A stretch of DNA of 64,000 bases, from the NCBI GenBank assembly GCA_040954595.2, contig CM082596.2:11276454-11340453 (forward strand), read 5' to 3'. Below are positions 35,379 to 50,400 of the stretch, piece after piece. This DNA comes from Balanoglossus misakiensis. Lineage: Eukaryota > Animalia > Hemichordata. Every line of letters begins with the position of its first letter. The stretch's first letter is position 1. The position numbers and the translations under genes were made by a program. The notes under the pieces are model-generated. The model was not told the DNA's origin, did no database searches, and was given only the letters and a program-made list of their open reading frames with translations.

Positions 35379-38300
35379 GTAAGTTTTTTTGAGTGGGGAG
35401 GGTATAGGCTAACAATGGCTTTGCATTTCCTGCCACAAAAGGGTGCTTACAGAAGTTGTAAGTTGCAGAGATTACAGTCAGTCACCATGTTAAAAAAGAA
35501 AATAATTTAAAGTTATCAGGCACTTTCCATAGTTAGAAATTAAAAATATAGCGTCAAGGACACTTGGTGCTCTCTCAGTGTGTAGTGGATGACGAGCTGA
35601 ATGTTTGGAGAACAGTGCAAACACCACAGTGAAATGCTGAACTGATTTGCTCATGTAATATTGAATGCAGCCTGATATGGTGGGTGCTTGACAGGGGGAA
35701 AAACCACTTGTCCTGGGCTCTAATAACTGTTTTAAATTAAGTCTTAAAAATGGCCTGCACTCACAAATGGCCTCACACAAATATATTGTCATTTCCCTCT
35801 CAGATTCTGTATCTTATGTTATACTGATGGAATTCATTGTGTATGTCATATCAAATTGCACCAGTGCGAGCTATGAGAAATGTGTTTTGAGAAAAAAACA
35901 GTGCAAGTAGAAGTACTAGTCTAAAAGTGAAAGAAATACATTTGGAAAAAAAATATCAGACAGCATTCAAGATCTGGTGGGGCGAGAATGGGGAAAGTAA
36001 GTCAAAAGTCACCTGAGGTCACCCCATATTTGCGCAAAAATATTGGACCTCATACTAGTCTGCGTCCAACAAAAACCAGACCCGTAGCCCTATTGGTTCG
36101 CCTAGAATTAGGTATGCACATAATTAATGAAGTCTTGTGTAAGACTCCATTGTGCTCAATCCCCCCAAAAGCCAGGGCTCTAACTGCTGCGGCTGCTGAG
36201 ATATGGGAAATTAGATCAAAGGTCACCCAAGGTCACCCAAAATTTGGGCATAAAATGTTGACCCCATAGTGGACCATGTCCAACAAACACACGACCTCTA
36301 GCCCTATTGGTTAGCCTGGAATAAGATATGCAGAAAAATGATGTTTCAGAAATAGGTCAAAGGTCATTGCTAAAATTCCCAAAATATTTGTGTCATGTCC
36401 TGGTAGCAGTGGTACCCATGTCCACAAATTTCATGACTGTGGTGCTGTTGCAAGAGGAGGTACAAGGCATATGCATATATAATTAGTTGTTTTAAAACTG
36501 GGTCAAAGGTCATGGGAAAATTGGACCCCCCCCAAAAAAAAAAAATAATAATAATAATAATAATTGTGACAAGTTCCGGTCATATGATGACTCATATCCA
36601 CAAAAAGATTTTCCATGCTGTCATCATTTTGGCTACAAAACGGAATTTTCATTTTTAAATGGTTTTCCGAAAATCCAATATGGCCGCCATAACGATAGAC
36701 CAATCACAGTGCGCTTCGCATACTATATAGACATAGGTTAGGTGACCACATACCCCGAATCCCGTGACTCGGCAATCGCTGGTTCTGGAGGAGAAGATTT
36801 TTAAGTAGTTTTTCAGAAAAACAATTGTAGCAAAAAACCTGCAACTTTGACAGCATAATTTCCAATTACAAAAATGATGGACAAAAGGTAGTCTACCTGC
36901 ATGCCAAATTTGAAGTCGATCTGACTTGTAGTTTCTGAGATCTGAGATTTGCATTTTTTCACGAAATCCAATAAGGCCACCAGGTCACGTGACTAATTAA
37001 ATATTCACAAGCCACTGCACATCTACTCATTGACCTTGACCACTGTTGCAAGTTTGAGAAGTGTACCTGCAGTAGTTTCAGAGATCTAGTTGGCCGAAGA
37101 TTGACAGGAGAATAAAGAAAGAAAAACCCGAAAAGTGCGCCCTCTTTGACGGAATTGCGGTTAGGCATAGCATATCATAATGACATGTCTGCATAGTATA
37201 AAGCCAAACGCGCACCGTATGTTGAACGGGCATAGTATCATGGTGAATGAGCGACGTATAATGATGTAGGCACAGCGTATAATGATGTAGGCACAGCGTA
37301 TAATGATGTATGCACAGCGTATATTGCTGTATACACATTGTATAAAGATGTATGGGCAGCGTATAATGATGTATGGGCAATGTATAATGATGTATTCACA
37401 GCGTATAACGATGCACAAGCAGCGTATAATGATGTATGCACATTGTATAAAGATGTATGAGCGTCGTATAATGATGTATGGGCAATGTATAATGGTGTAT
37501 TCACAGCGTATAACGATGCACAAGCAGCGTATAATGATGTATGCACATTGTATAAAGATGTATGAGCGTCGTATAATGATGTATGGGCAATGTATAATGA
37601 TGTATTTACATCGTATAACGTTGCACAAGCAGCGTATAATGATGTATACACATTGTATAAAGATGTATGAGCGTCGTATAATGATGTATGGGCATCATAT
37701 AATGGTAACAATGGACTTAAGACAGCTGTGGCTTTCCATACTAAAGCACCTACAGAATCATGTGCATGACTTTTGGCCACTGATTTCCTGAGGTTGACTC
37801 TTTTCTTGGGCTTGACTAAGAGTTGTCCAACTTGATTTCCACTGGGATTCTGTTGGTTTGATATAGCTTTGCTAGGTTTCTCACAGCACATGTTCTTTAG
37901 ATGCTGCCTGTATTCTCGAGAACCCTTGACTTTCTGGAGAAGAGGTGTTGTATTTAAGCAATAAAACACCCCCAGCCATGGTATACCACGAGATTTTGAC
38001 CAGTTCACGACATATACGCACGAGCGATAGCGAGTGCGTATATGGAGTTGAACTGGTCAAAATCGAGTGGTATACCATGGCTGGGGGTGTTTTATTGCTA
38101 TTATATTATGCCAGTATATTGAAACTTTGCATAAAACATTTTAAAAAGGCATTTTCTTTGACTATGATATATGACTGTGGTATATGGCTAATATATCACG
38201 GTCACATGTCATGTCTCGACCAATCAAATAGCTTGATTTACACCATCAATATACTGGTATAATATAATACCCCTTTGCATGACTTTGTGTATTGAACTGG

Positions 38301-40043
38301 TTGTTATTTCGAAGAACAAATCGTTCAATTAGTAACATACAAGATTGATCTGATGCATGTACATCAGGATTAGGATAATATTTAAAGGAATGTATGGGAG
38401 CAAGCATGTTTTACAACCCACATTCCTGTCTCTGAGTGTTAAACTTGCCCAAAAAGTGTCATTAATGGGGGGAAAAGTGTAAATGTCAGTTTCTAGCCAC
38501 TAGAGGGCGCTGTCTTTTGGGATCCATATTGGAAAATGTCCGCCATGGGTCAATGAATAATTGTACCAAATTTCATGCTTTTAACCCAAAGTGCACAATT
38601 TTTAAGTATGAATGTCTTTTCTGGCCACTAGAGGGCGCTGTAATTTTGGATCCATATCAGAAAACGGCCGCCACGGGTCAATGCATAAGTGTACCAAGTT
38701 TTATGCTTTTAACCCAAAGTGCACAATTATGCCAAAATGTGGGGTTTAGCTCCTGCACTAATATGTGTTCATGCCAAAGCACAAACAGTTATGACCTGAC
38801 AGCTCAGTTTGTACATCATTTCTACAAATCCACAAAGAAACTGAAAGTTTAGAAAAGTCAGGCCTGTAAGAAATATTAGAAATATCACTGTTAATACTTA
38901 ATTTCAAAGCCATGTGAATTTGTTCAATTTAAGAAAATTTTTAAAGGAAGGGAGGATAGGTATTGACTTGAATAATTACTGTGTAATCTTTCACTTAAGG
39001 CGGACGATCATCTTATGTGCATGTGCGTAATTCTGTGCGTACAAACATTACGTCCAGTCCAAATATTCTGCCAATTTTACATCCAATGCATTCAAATAGT
39101 GGACTGCTTCGCTTTCATCCAGTTTTCATGTGCATCGTATAAGTAGACTTTTGTTTTGTCCCGTCTTTTCACCGAATTTGCTCTTTTCCAAATCTCCGAC
39201 ACAGACTATGATCGTCACGATCTTGTCTGTTGTTAGAACAGCACACTGTCATATGGCATTGACTGTATACAGTTTCTGTTACCAATATCTCTGGTTTGGC
39301 ATTTTCCTGTCCTCAATCTTTTGCCAGGGATTTTTGTCTCCCCAACCCGCGTGAGAATCCCACGTCTTTGAAGGTATGACTGTGACTATAAGATTCTATA
39401 AATCTCTGTTTATTTTCAGCACAAACATCATGTGCTGATTGGCCAACTGGTAACCAATGTCCAAATGGTAACACTGTGATTTTATGCTCGGCTGGTTATT
39501 ACAGTTCGGCCTTGGACAAAGGATGTCTCGCTGTACCTCTTGCATAACAGGTAAACTTCTACCCACCCACCTTTATTTCCAACATCAAACATTAGGTCAG
39601 GTAATTTACTAACTGAAAAATAGGATGGGAACATTTTCCATTTCTGTATTTAAAATTTACTGATATAATATATGAATGAAAAAATGACAAATTTTCCAAA
39701 TTTGAATAGACCTCTATTTATGAAAATAATTAAAATTTGCGCCAAATTTTTACAGTGGTATTTAAAGGTTAACTTGGTGTGTTAATTCTTTGTTTGATTT
39801 ACAGATCAGCCGGTGCTGAACAGTGTACTATTTGTGATCAAGGGTACGCCTGCACAGATCCCAGTGCATCGCAATTCAAGTGTACCAAGGGTTACGTGTC
39901 ATTGGCTAGTGCAACAAACTGTACCAGATGTACAAATGGTAAGATTGTGGTACTTGTTCAGTTTGCTGTGTGATGAAACTGAGGGGTATGTCTGTATGCA
40001 TGTATGTGTTTACAACAGATTTTCAAGTCAGTGCGACTGGGGT

Positions 40044-40045
<2 letters not shown>

Positions 40046-40073
<28 letters not shown>
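40046..40073. repeat. (GT)n microsatellite
   Basis: Direct observation; shorter in the sister copy at ~60272. Confidence 0.9.
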
Positions 40074-40082
<9 letters not shown>

Positions 40083-40949
40083 GTTTACAACAGATTATCA
40101 ACTCGGTGCGAGATCTTGCGAGACCCGGTTAGCCATGTGAGATCTCGCAGAGTCTTATGATATTCAGAAAATGGTTGATTAGAAATGACGTTTAATGTCC
40201 TCCAAAGAATTTTCTACATGCCTGTATACTTGTCTCAGAATTATGAAGTGAATCATCTCAAGTGATTTGTTATTTTAAATGACACTGTATCACAAATACT
40301 TCACTAAAAACCTCATTTTCTTTGATCAGATGAAATAAGTGAGGAGCCTGCACGCACATCCCTTCTTCTGTGCCCTGCTGGACAATCGTGTTCAGATCCA
40401 ATGTAAGATCCGCTTGACTGTGGCAATGGTGAATATGCTATGGAAGGTGACGGCACATGCACGCCTTGTCCAGCAGGATCCAAGTGTCCAACCATGTCAC
40501 CCGTAGTGGATTGTTCAACAGTTACTGGTAAGTTGGGCTGCAAATCACTCTTGTGACTTCCCTGTGTTATAGCATGACATACACAGAAAATTAAACTGGA
40601 GTTGATATTGTGATGCACTTTGAAAAACACAATGATTCCACTGAAGAGGTATTGTACAGTAACACCTGTGATTACGGACATCTCTCTAATAAGGGATCGT
40701 TGGACCAAACCAATCGTTCTTAGAATTTTTTCTGTGATAGGTTCATACTCGCTAGGTTCGGCCACGTCCTTCTGGTTATGAATGCACAACTACAAGTGTC
40801 ACACAGTGCGCTACAGGGCAGTAAAGTGTTGAAGGAGGTAAGTCTTGAAATCTCTTTTCTTCTGGTCTCGATTTGAACATGGTTCCACAAGTTGTTTACA
40901 TCACTTGTAGTTTTACATATTTTTTGAGTTCAACAGCTATGCTATACAT

Positions 40950-41956
40950 GGTGTCCTGAGAAGTCGACCAGTATGAGAAGTCGGTATCGGCCAGTACGAG
41001 AAGTCGGCCTGTGGGAGAGAACCCTGGTACTTTGTGTTATATATAACTGTTTCACTACGAAATGTTTCCTTGATGTACAGGAGCTGAGATATTTGTACAA
41101 ATAGCCGATGAATTTTAAAACTGTCTGTTCACTTTGCATGTACGTCACCGGGGTACGTCAACATCAGTCACCTGCACTTCTTGCGCTGCGCCAGTAGTCA
41201 GTTCCTCGTCACGTTTGTTTGTTTGGTGTTGTCTCAAAGTATGCATATACACATACATCTTCTATGTATTTTAGTAGGCTTTGAAACAACTCCCTGTAAA
41301 GGGACAAAGTCTCTCTCTCGCTGCCCTTTTTCCATTAATAATATTTGATACAAGACACCATTTATTTATTCTAAATGTGGATATATAGTGAATCAACGTT
41401 CAACCACACACAACTTCAATCCAACTTGTAGACACGAGAGTGAAAAACTTGCCAAAATGAATAATCGTTGTTTACCATTTATTCATTTTGGCGGGATTTT
41501 TACACTCATATCCTACAAACGGGATGGAATTTGTCTGTAGTTGAATGTGGATTCTCAATATATCCACATGTAGAATAATGTGAACGGTGTCTTGTATCAA
41601 ACATAATTAATGGAAAAAGGTTCGCGCGAGAGAGACTTTGTCCCTTTAATCAGAAATGTCACAGGAATTTGGCGAACAACCTAAGCTCCTTACGCGGATA
41701 CGGGGCTGGGGAACCGGTACGGATGCCAGACGCCATTATTTGAAATGACGCCATTGTGTTGTCAAGAATTTGGGAAATCCGTCCAAATGAAAATATTTAG
41801 TGCAAATATATTTTATTAAGTGTTGTTATAAGTAATCTGGGTCATCACTGCACTATTCGGGTACAAGTTCAACAACTGGCCGACTTCTCGTACTGGCCGA
41901 CTTCTCATACGCGCGTACTGGCCGACTTCTAATCTGGCCGACTTCTCATGTATTCC
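40950..41956. mobile_element. MITE with subterminal GAGAAGTCGGCCAGT repeats, TSD (C)TATACAT; copy at 61178-62184
   Basis: tatacat|gg...gagaagtcgg repeats ... ccgacttctc repeats...cc|tatacat. Confidence 0.75.
41300..41645. mobile_element. Palindromic MITE at a (G/T)TAA site, Kolobok-like; copy at 61528-61873
   Basis: gtaa|AGGGACAAAGTCTCTCTC...GAGAGAGACTTTGTCCCT|ttaa; self-complementary over most of its length. Confidence 0.75.
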
Positions 41957-43747
41957 TATACATTAGTGAAAATTGGGGAAACTGGTGTTTTTCAGACAAC
42001 TTATGAAGTCCCTTTCGCAGTATTAACTCTAAAACAGCGGGTGATATTCCTTTTAAAATTTAACCAAATAAGCATACTTGAACTCTGTCATATCGGCAAA
42101 ACACTCACTACACAAGCTGCTGTTATTCTACAGACATGACATGTGCTGATTGCGGCGTAGGTAACTACTGTCCAGATGGGTCAGACAGCCCCATTCCTTG
42201 TCCATCAAGTTATTATGCTGACACAGCCACAGATGTATCCTGTACCCCTTGCGATCCAGGCTGTCAGTGTGCAGCAACATCACCCACTTGCCTGCACATC
42301 AAGAACCTACTCTCTGGGACCATCAACAACATGTACTCCCCTTCTACCAGGTTTGTAGTCGTCTTAGTCGTAAAAACATATTTAAGGTGTTGCGCACCTC
42401 GAAATAAAGGGTCGTCTGATCATGTTTAAATTAATACTGATGATACTATGACTTCTAAACATTTAATCTATGGAATAAAAATTGGGGGTCAACCATCTAG
42501 AGTTTTGAAAAAGCGCCCTTTATCTAGCACCTCTTTCAGATTTTGCCAGGCTCGTAGATTTTTGTAAAATGGCCTCAAAAATAAGAATTTTGGGAGGTTT
42601 GTCATATTTTTTCACCATTGTAGAATCTAAATGTTCTGAATTATTTTATTTTTAGCAATTTTGAGATTGATTCATATTCAGTATGATAATCGCATGTCAA
42701 TACAACTGTTACATTAAAGGAAAAGTTCAAATCCGCCTAAAACCACATTGCATTGGTACCTAGTTAAGTTGTCCTCACTTCTGACGCAAAATTTTGATGT
42801 GCAATGCACGTGTCTGTGAAATTGACGAATAAAAAAATTGTATACCAGTGCAAAATTAAAAACTCCCTGTGCAGCCATCTTGGCAACTGCATGCTGGGAA
42901 AAGTACTCGGATGATGACGAAAAAGTTTCGGGGTTCCGTGTAGTGCTACCCCGGAATACACTGTTGGGTGCAGACTACAACTATGGAAAAGAGATGCAGA
43001 ATGTCATGTGATATAGTAGTGAAAACAAATACATGTTGGTTCACGTATTTCAGCTCTCAGCAATCAGGGTGCATTGAAAGGCCTTGATTGGTGTGATATT
43101 CACAATTGATTATTATAAATACTTACAGTTGTATACTGTTTTATTTTGTAAATATTGTGTACATTTGCAGCAATGAATCCGTGCGAACACAAACCTTAAC
43201 CCATGCCGGAATGCTGGTACTTGCCAAGCAATCCAGGGATCTTGTACAGGCGTCACATGTCAATGTGCTGGCTGCTACCTGGGCTTCACATGTGAAACAC
43301 GTGAGTACAGTACTTTGTCATTTATTAAAAAATCTAAGTGCTGAGGTACATTGTAGTAATAATAGCAGGTGTAGTCATTATCATCATCATCATCATCTTA
43401 AAGTCAGTCATATGATCGGTAATAAAAACAGTAAAATCACCAGTATAAAAACATAACAGAGAAATAATGAACGTGTACTGGTGTTACCATAGGTAAGTGT
43501 TGTATAAAATTTTGAATTCCTGTCTTCCAGTTCCTAATCCATGCTTCACTAGTCCTTGTCTCAATGGAGGTACCTGCCAACAACAGGCAAATTCTTGTAC
43601 TGCCACCATTGGCATGTGCACAGAGTGTTACTAGGGAACCAGGTGTGAGACAAGTAAGTTTGAATCTATAGCAGTTAATAATGATAATTATCATTTTTTT
43701 TATTATGATTTAAACTTCACTGATGTTGTACAAACACAAAAATAGAA

Positions 43748-44215
43748 ATAATAATAATAATAATAATAATAATTTATTTGTATAGCGTCAGTATCCACAA
43801 AAAATGTGATCAATGATGCTTAAAGCAAAAGTACAATACAACAAATGGCTAAAAAACAGATTTAAAAAGTAAAGTTTTAACATTTGATTTAAAAACAGAT
43901 AAGTCTGGTGCCTGGCGAATGGTGAGTGGAAGATTATTCCAAAGAATTGGAGCAGCAACAGTAAAAGCACGATCACCATAACTCTTGGTGCGTGATCGAA
44001 CAGGGCAGAGTTTGAACTGATCAGCTGACCTTAAATTGCGACACGGAACATATAGATTAGTCATGCTAGAAAGATAGATTGGACCAAGTTTATGAATGGA
44101 TTTAAAAATGAGAACTAACATCTTAAAAACAATACGCTCTGTAACAGGTAGCCAGTGCAACTGATACAAAAAATACAAAAAGAGTGATGTGACAGGTGAT
44201 TTTTGAACGAGTAAC
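43748..44215 (-). mobile_element. 5'-truncated L2/CR1 LINE 3' end with (TTA)n-type tail
   Basis: LHWLPVTERIVFK...YGDRAFTVAAPILWNNLP...FKSNVKT; (aat)n run at 43748-43773. Confidence 0.88.
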
Positions 44216-47200
44216 AATTAGAAAGGGATAGCAGCTTAGCTCTATTCCGTTTCCAAAGTGTTTGTTCTTTTAAACTACCTGTGCATTTTTTTTATTTATT
44301 CTGATTATGCTAATATGCTAATTTGTTGGTTTGTCACATCACAATTTTTGTAGGAAACTCACCCCTGGGAATTTTTTTCAGTCACTTACATACATTCATA
44401 ATCACATGACATTGATGATCATGGAAAATTTGACCCTTTTCCTTGTAGGACTCAACCAGTGTCCACCAAATCCGTGCCATCTGTCAACCGGCTCGAAATT
44501 CCTGCTTTGATCTCACCTGCATATGTACTGGTTGCTACAAAGGTGATAGGTGTGAGATATGTAAGTATACAGCGCAGTCTCTTTTACCTTTTGTCTCTGA
44601 TGCATTCAAATACTGCATGTTTCCTGAGCATAGGTGTAGCCATCACCACAGCAGAGCTTGGAGAGTTCTTGACATCGAATGCAAGATTACACTCTTCCCA
44701 ATCAAAATCACTTTCGTAGCGCATAATGTCTTGATTGTCTTAGTTCAAGAAACATTATGCGCGACTGGCCAATTTTACTGCCTTTTGTCAACGCACATCC
44801 ACTATGGAAATTCTCACTCCAGGCCAGATAGTGTAAATTTGCATATGAGTCTACAGGTATGCTTGAAGTCAAGTCAAGCATTTGCAAGGAACCCTCCTCC
44901 AGTACACAGGTCTTTGATTTCATGAAGGGAAGCCCTTGCCTCACAGTCACTGCCACATGATCTATGGAGGTGTGAACAACTTGATACCAGCCTAATATAA
45001 GTTGTAGGCACAATCACTCCACACACCCTTGCCATAATTCTGCACAGCCTTGTGAAATACCCGGACTGTTAGACAAAAGATGCTTGTTTTGGACGCTGTC
45101 AGACTCAGAGGTGCCAAATTCCTGTTTAACTTGTCCAGATGTGTTCCATAAATGATCGCTGCGTTCAACCACGTTGCACTTTTCTCGTCTTCTGCGAGAT
45201 GTTCTAAGGTGTTTGTGACAACTTCACGCAAAACGCGAGACTTTGCGTTAGTTTATACACAGTTTATTTGCAAATTGGATTATTGGGATTTACCTGGAAA
45301 TAATGTATGCAAAAGAACATCATTTCAAGAAAAAACTGGAGTTGCGCGTCCTTCTTTCTCTAGTGTCCATGGTCAAACAAGTGAGTATATACTTTCAAGA
45401 CACCCTGCAAACAAACAAGCAATCTTCATTCCGTAGATCTTTAAGCATATTTATGCATTGTAAATTTTGATGTGAAACTTCAAATTTTATTGGTCTTGTT
45501 GCCAAACTTCTGAAGAAATGAGGATATTGTTTTGAAGGGTATTTTATCAGTAGATAACAAATACCATGGCCCTCCATGCAAATACCCACATGGTAAATTA
45601 AAACTGTTGCAGGTGTATTTGATTTCCACATATGGATTACATGTGGGATAATATTGGGTGCTGGCAGTTTCAGTAAATGAACTGCTCTATTGCTGAGATA
45701 ACAATAGGTTGCACTTTTTATTGCAGTCCAAGATCCATGCCAGCGAAACAGCTGTCTCAACGGGGCTGTATGTAATGCAGTGGCCAACTCCTGCACGGCA
45801 TATACCTGTGCCTGTACTGGTTGCTATGAGGGTAACCGTTGTGAAATATGTAAGTTTCTGACGTACCGTAAATGACAATCTTTTGGGCACTTTCTCTTCA
45901 TAGCAATTGAATTGTGTGGTAACTTCTCATTTCTAAAATTTCCCCAAGAGAAAAGAAAGGAAAAGAAAACAGAAATTTCATTTGTATGTCTGTGCAATTT
46001 AGGATAGGCACGAACTTGTGAGGAAGTGTACGAAGCTGGATGTTTTCATCACTCAAATATACAAGAGTTGCCTCTTGAAGACTAGTGTCTGTAGAGATAA
46101 TTGTGCATGTGAGGTAATCTCTCCTAAGGTGGTGCACACATCTGAGTATTAAGTAAAAGAGACGTCCTTAATTATCCTTACTATTTGGCTTGAAAAATCA
46201 ATCTTTAATACTAGGTGTTCTGATTAGAGAGGTGTCCATGAGGTGACTACACCTGTTACTGCCAGTAGTGTTGGACTGGGGCCATCTGTGCCGTAGGTGT
46301 GTCGAATTACTGTTTTATGACACAGCGTGGTATATAAACCCTCATTTTTGGTATTCTCAATGTGATAGATGGACCCATACACCAATAAATGGGGTGGAAG
46401 CATTACAAAGTTTCATCCTTTCAAAATTTGCTGATGTAGGGTCAAAATTGAGTGTGAGGTGCACGTTAAAAAGGAAAGCCTTCTGTATCATGTTGATGGC
46501 ACATTTTTTAATTTTTCAAGATTCTTACAGAAAAATCCTAGCAGCATTATGTTATTTTAAATGTACAGGTTTGAAACAAGGAATGAAGACATTGCTCACA
46601 TATATAATTTAAACAAAATGAACATCACAAGTACATGTACAAGTTTTTGACAAGCAGGTCATTGATACTTTCATTTTTGTTTTGGCAGCCATTGATCAGT
46701 TATACTCTATGCCTTGTCAAAATGTGGTGGCACATGCGTTGCGTGAGACGGCTGTTTCCTGTTTGACTGTATGTGTACCGAATGCTTCACTGGTGCCACA
46801 TGTACAATGCGTAAGTACAAACCAATATTATTTTATTCAATGCAAAACACTTGTTATGTATTATATAATATAAATACGGTACACGTATTAAAGCCCTGGT
46901 AACTCAAACTTTGGGCTAGCTTAATGTTATCACTATTTTTGTTTTCGGTTGCAACTGTGGTTTCTTGTCACACTCTAAAGGATTTGACAGCATTTGGTTT
47001 TTCAAAACAGCCCTTTGGTTGTTGTCATGTATACATGTACATGACTGTGGAGTGTAGTTTGTAGATTCTGTAATTTTGACAATATCTTGACTGCACATCC
47101 CACAGCTGTCAACCAGTGTCAACCCATCCAGTGTCGGAATGGTGGAAACTGTGTGCTGACGCCCAATTGGTGTACTGAATTCACATGCTCCTGTACAAGC

Positions 47201-47461
47201 TGTTACTCCGGCGATTTATGTCAGACATGTGAGTGATTTTAAATTTCAGATGAAGAGGAACATAATAACATAACACATAATCGGCTTGCAGTTGGTTTCT
47301 TCCAACCTGTATCAAACAGTGAATAACGACACAATTTTGGGGAAATTTATTAAGAATGTGTGTGCCATAAAAGGGGATTGTGTATTTGACCAAACAACAA
47401 CCTGCACCGTATGGTACACTAAGACACTATTACACCTGTGTCAAAATTTCATTACTTTTCT

Positions 47462-50400
47462 TTTGTTGAACATGGAAGAAATTTGTCACAGTGATGTTCT
47501 GTTGACCAACTGAGATTTTTACCACTCAACCCTGACTGCACAAATCTGTTTAAAGTATATGTAGTAAATATTAACTGTACACAATTTATATCACTTTCTC
47601 TTCTGTGCACAGATTTGAATCCGTGTCAGCCCAACCCTTGTCTAAACAGTGGATTCTGCCAGCAAGTGTCCTGCACCGAGTTCAGATGCCAGAGTCCGCG
47701 CTGTTTTGATCGGAACCACGTGCGCTGAACGTAAGCAAACCAGTGTCAGATTTCCCGCACAAAGTAGAAATCGCTGGGCTTTGTCATTGATATTGTCTCA
47801 ATAAAGTTGCCTGTGATTGTGCAGCTAACCAAGAGACTTATATGCACTACCGTAGCCATGATGAATATTTTCATTGACTCAAATGCTCATCAGTGTGTTG
47901 CTATTTTTCCAACCGTAAATTGAAACATCAGAAAGTTATGACATCAACTACCCCCACCCCCACCCCACCCCACCCCCAACTAGTAAATATTATAAGATGC
48001 TGTAATTATGATATAGATGGTAGCACCAAGCTTGGATCAAGTGGTCTTCATTATCCTTCACACATGAACATGATCACACGGATGTGCAATCTTCTGACAG
48101 TCTGCTACAGATTTCACTTCCCACTCAAGTGTGTAAGACCCTAATGTGATACTTTTCATTTCTCTCACCCTTAGCGATCAACCAGTGTCTTCTAAACCCA
48201 TGTCTGAATAACGGAGTGTATCAGCCACTTCAAGGCTCCTGCTCAATCTACACCTGCAACTGTCCAACCTGCTACACTGGGCAAACATGTGTTACATGTA
48301 AGTCACAAGTTTTTAGGTCCCATTGGTATGTACCATGGTACCTTATGGGATTGGTTACGTCTGTATGTATGGATGGATGGATGGATGTTTGTTCAAATGA
48401 AGATGTCATTGCCAAAAATATGCAAATTAGCTGGGAAAATGTGAAATTGGTCAAAACTCAAAAACTGGACAACCACTGGTCATATTGATTTGAAAATTGG
48501 TATGCATTAACCTTATATCAACCTCATACAATCCTGTATGTTTTGAGCTAATATTATCGATTTCCTATTTTTTATGCATTTTTTTGTATTTTTCCATGTT
48601 ATTGGTAAAAAGTCTTTGAAATTTAGTATGAAGCTTCCTAATGGTTGTCTAAGTAACCATAGTTTTATTCAAATTGTTGCAAAATTTGCATATCTATAAT
48701 TTTGAGCATAGTTGCCATTTTTGGTCAAAAAATGTTTTTCTTTAAAACCTCATGCCAGATTGCTTTGCAATTTGGTAGGCATATTCGTAGGGGTAACCTA
48801 AATAATATGTTGTAAAAAAATGTGATATTTGCATAAATGTGTTATCGGGGAAACTTTTGCAATTTTTGTCAAAAATTGTTTTCTCTGAAACCGCTTGTCC
48901 TATTGCATTGAACTTTGGCAGCATGTTCCTTGTAGTGATTGAAGTAAGATATTGTACAATTTTGGTTTGTTGAACATGGAAGAAATTTGTCACAGTGATG
49001 TTCTGTTGACCAACTGAGATTTTTACCACTCAACCCTGACTGCACAAATCTGTTTAAAGTATATGTAGTAAATATTAACTGTACACAATTTATATCACTT
49101 TCTCTTCTGTGCACAGATTTGAATCCGTGTCAGCCCAACCCTTGTCTAAACAGTGGATTCTGCCAGCAAGTGTCCTGCACCGAGTTCAGATGCCAGAGTC
49201 CGCGCTGTTTTGATCGGAACCACGTGCGCTGAACGTAAGCAAACCAGTGTCAGATTTCCCGCACAAAGTAGAAATCGCTGGGCTTTGTCATTGATATTGT
49301 CTCAATAAAGTTGCCTGTGAGTGTGCAGCTAACCAAGAGACTTATATGCACTACCGTAGCCATGATGAATATTTTCATTGACTCAAATGCTCATCAGTGT
49401 GTTGCTATTTTTCCAACCGTAAATTGAAACATCAGAAAGTTATGACATCAACTACCCCCACCCCCACCCCACCCCACCCCCAACTAGTAAATATTATAAG
49501 ATGCTGTAATTATGATATAGATGGTAGCACCAAGCTTGGATCAAGTGGTCTTCATTATCCTTCACACATGAACATGATCACACGGATGTGCAATCTTCTG
49601 ACAGTCTGCTACAGATTTCACTTCCCACTCAAGTGTGTAAGACCCTAATGTGATACTTTTCATTTCTCTCACCCTTAGCGATCAACCAGTGTCTTCTAAA
49701 CCCATGTCTGAATAACGGAGTGTATCAGCCACTTCAAGGCTCCTGCTCAATCTACACCTGCAACTGTCCAACCTGCTACACTGGGAAAACATGTGTTACA
49801 TGTAAGTCACAAGTTTTTAGGTCCCATTGGTATGTACCATGGTACCTTATGGGATTGGTTACGTCTGTATGTATGGATGGATGGATGGATGTTTGTTCAA
49901 ATGAAGATGTCATTGCCAAAAATATGCAAATTAGCTGGGAAAATGTGAAATTGGTCAAAACTCAAAAACTGGACAACCACTGGTCATATTGATTTGAAAA
50001 TTGGTATGCATTAACCTTATATCAACCTCATACAATCCTGTATGTTTTGAGCTAATATTATCGATTTCCTATTTTTTATGCATTTTTTTGTATTTTTCCA
50101 TGTTATTGGTAAAAAGTCTTTGAAATTTAGTATGAAGCTTCCTAATGGTTGTCTAAGTAACCATAGTTTTATTCAAATTGTTGCAAAATTTGCATATCTA
50201 TAATTTTGAGTAATAGTTGCCATTTTTGGTCAAAAAATGTTTTTCTTTAAAACCTCATGCCAGATTGCTTTGCAATTTGGTAGGCATATTCGTAGGGGTA
50301 ACCTAAATAATATGTTGTAAAAAAATGTGATATTTGCATAAATGTGTTATCAGGGAAACTTTTGCAATTTTTGTCAAAAATTGTTTTCTCTGAAACCGCT

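Larger units (their letters stand above)
24946..38979 (+). repeat. Head-to-tail segmental triplication, 3749-bp unit (24946-28694; 28695-35972 incl. LINE; 35973-38979 truncated)
   Basis: Identical ORFs recur at offsets 3749 and 7278 (=3749+3529); each unit starts TCTGGTGGGGCGAGA. Confidence 0.97.
39420..42350 (+). pseudogene. Four Cys-rich (GCC2/GCC3, ephrin-receptor-like) exons: 39420-39550, 39805-39938, 40330-40527, 42134-42350
   Basis: AG/GT bounded; CTICDQGYAC, CTPCPAGSKCP, CGVGNYCPDGS..PIPCPSSYY motifs; in-frame TAA (DPM*DP) and frameshifts. Confidence 0.8.
38975..43773 (+). repeat. Segmental duplication, copy A of 59201-64000
   Basis: Matching ORFs and exons at +20216 to +20228. Confidence 0.97.
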
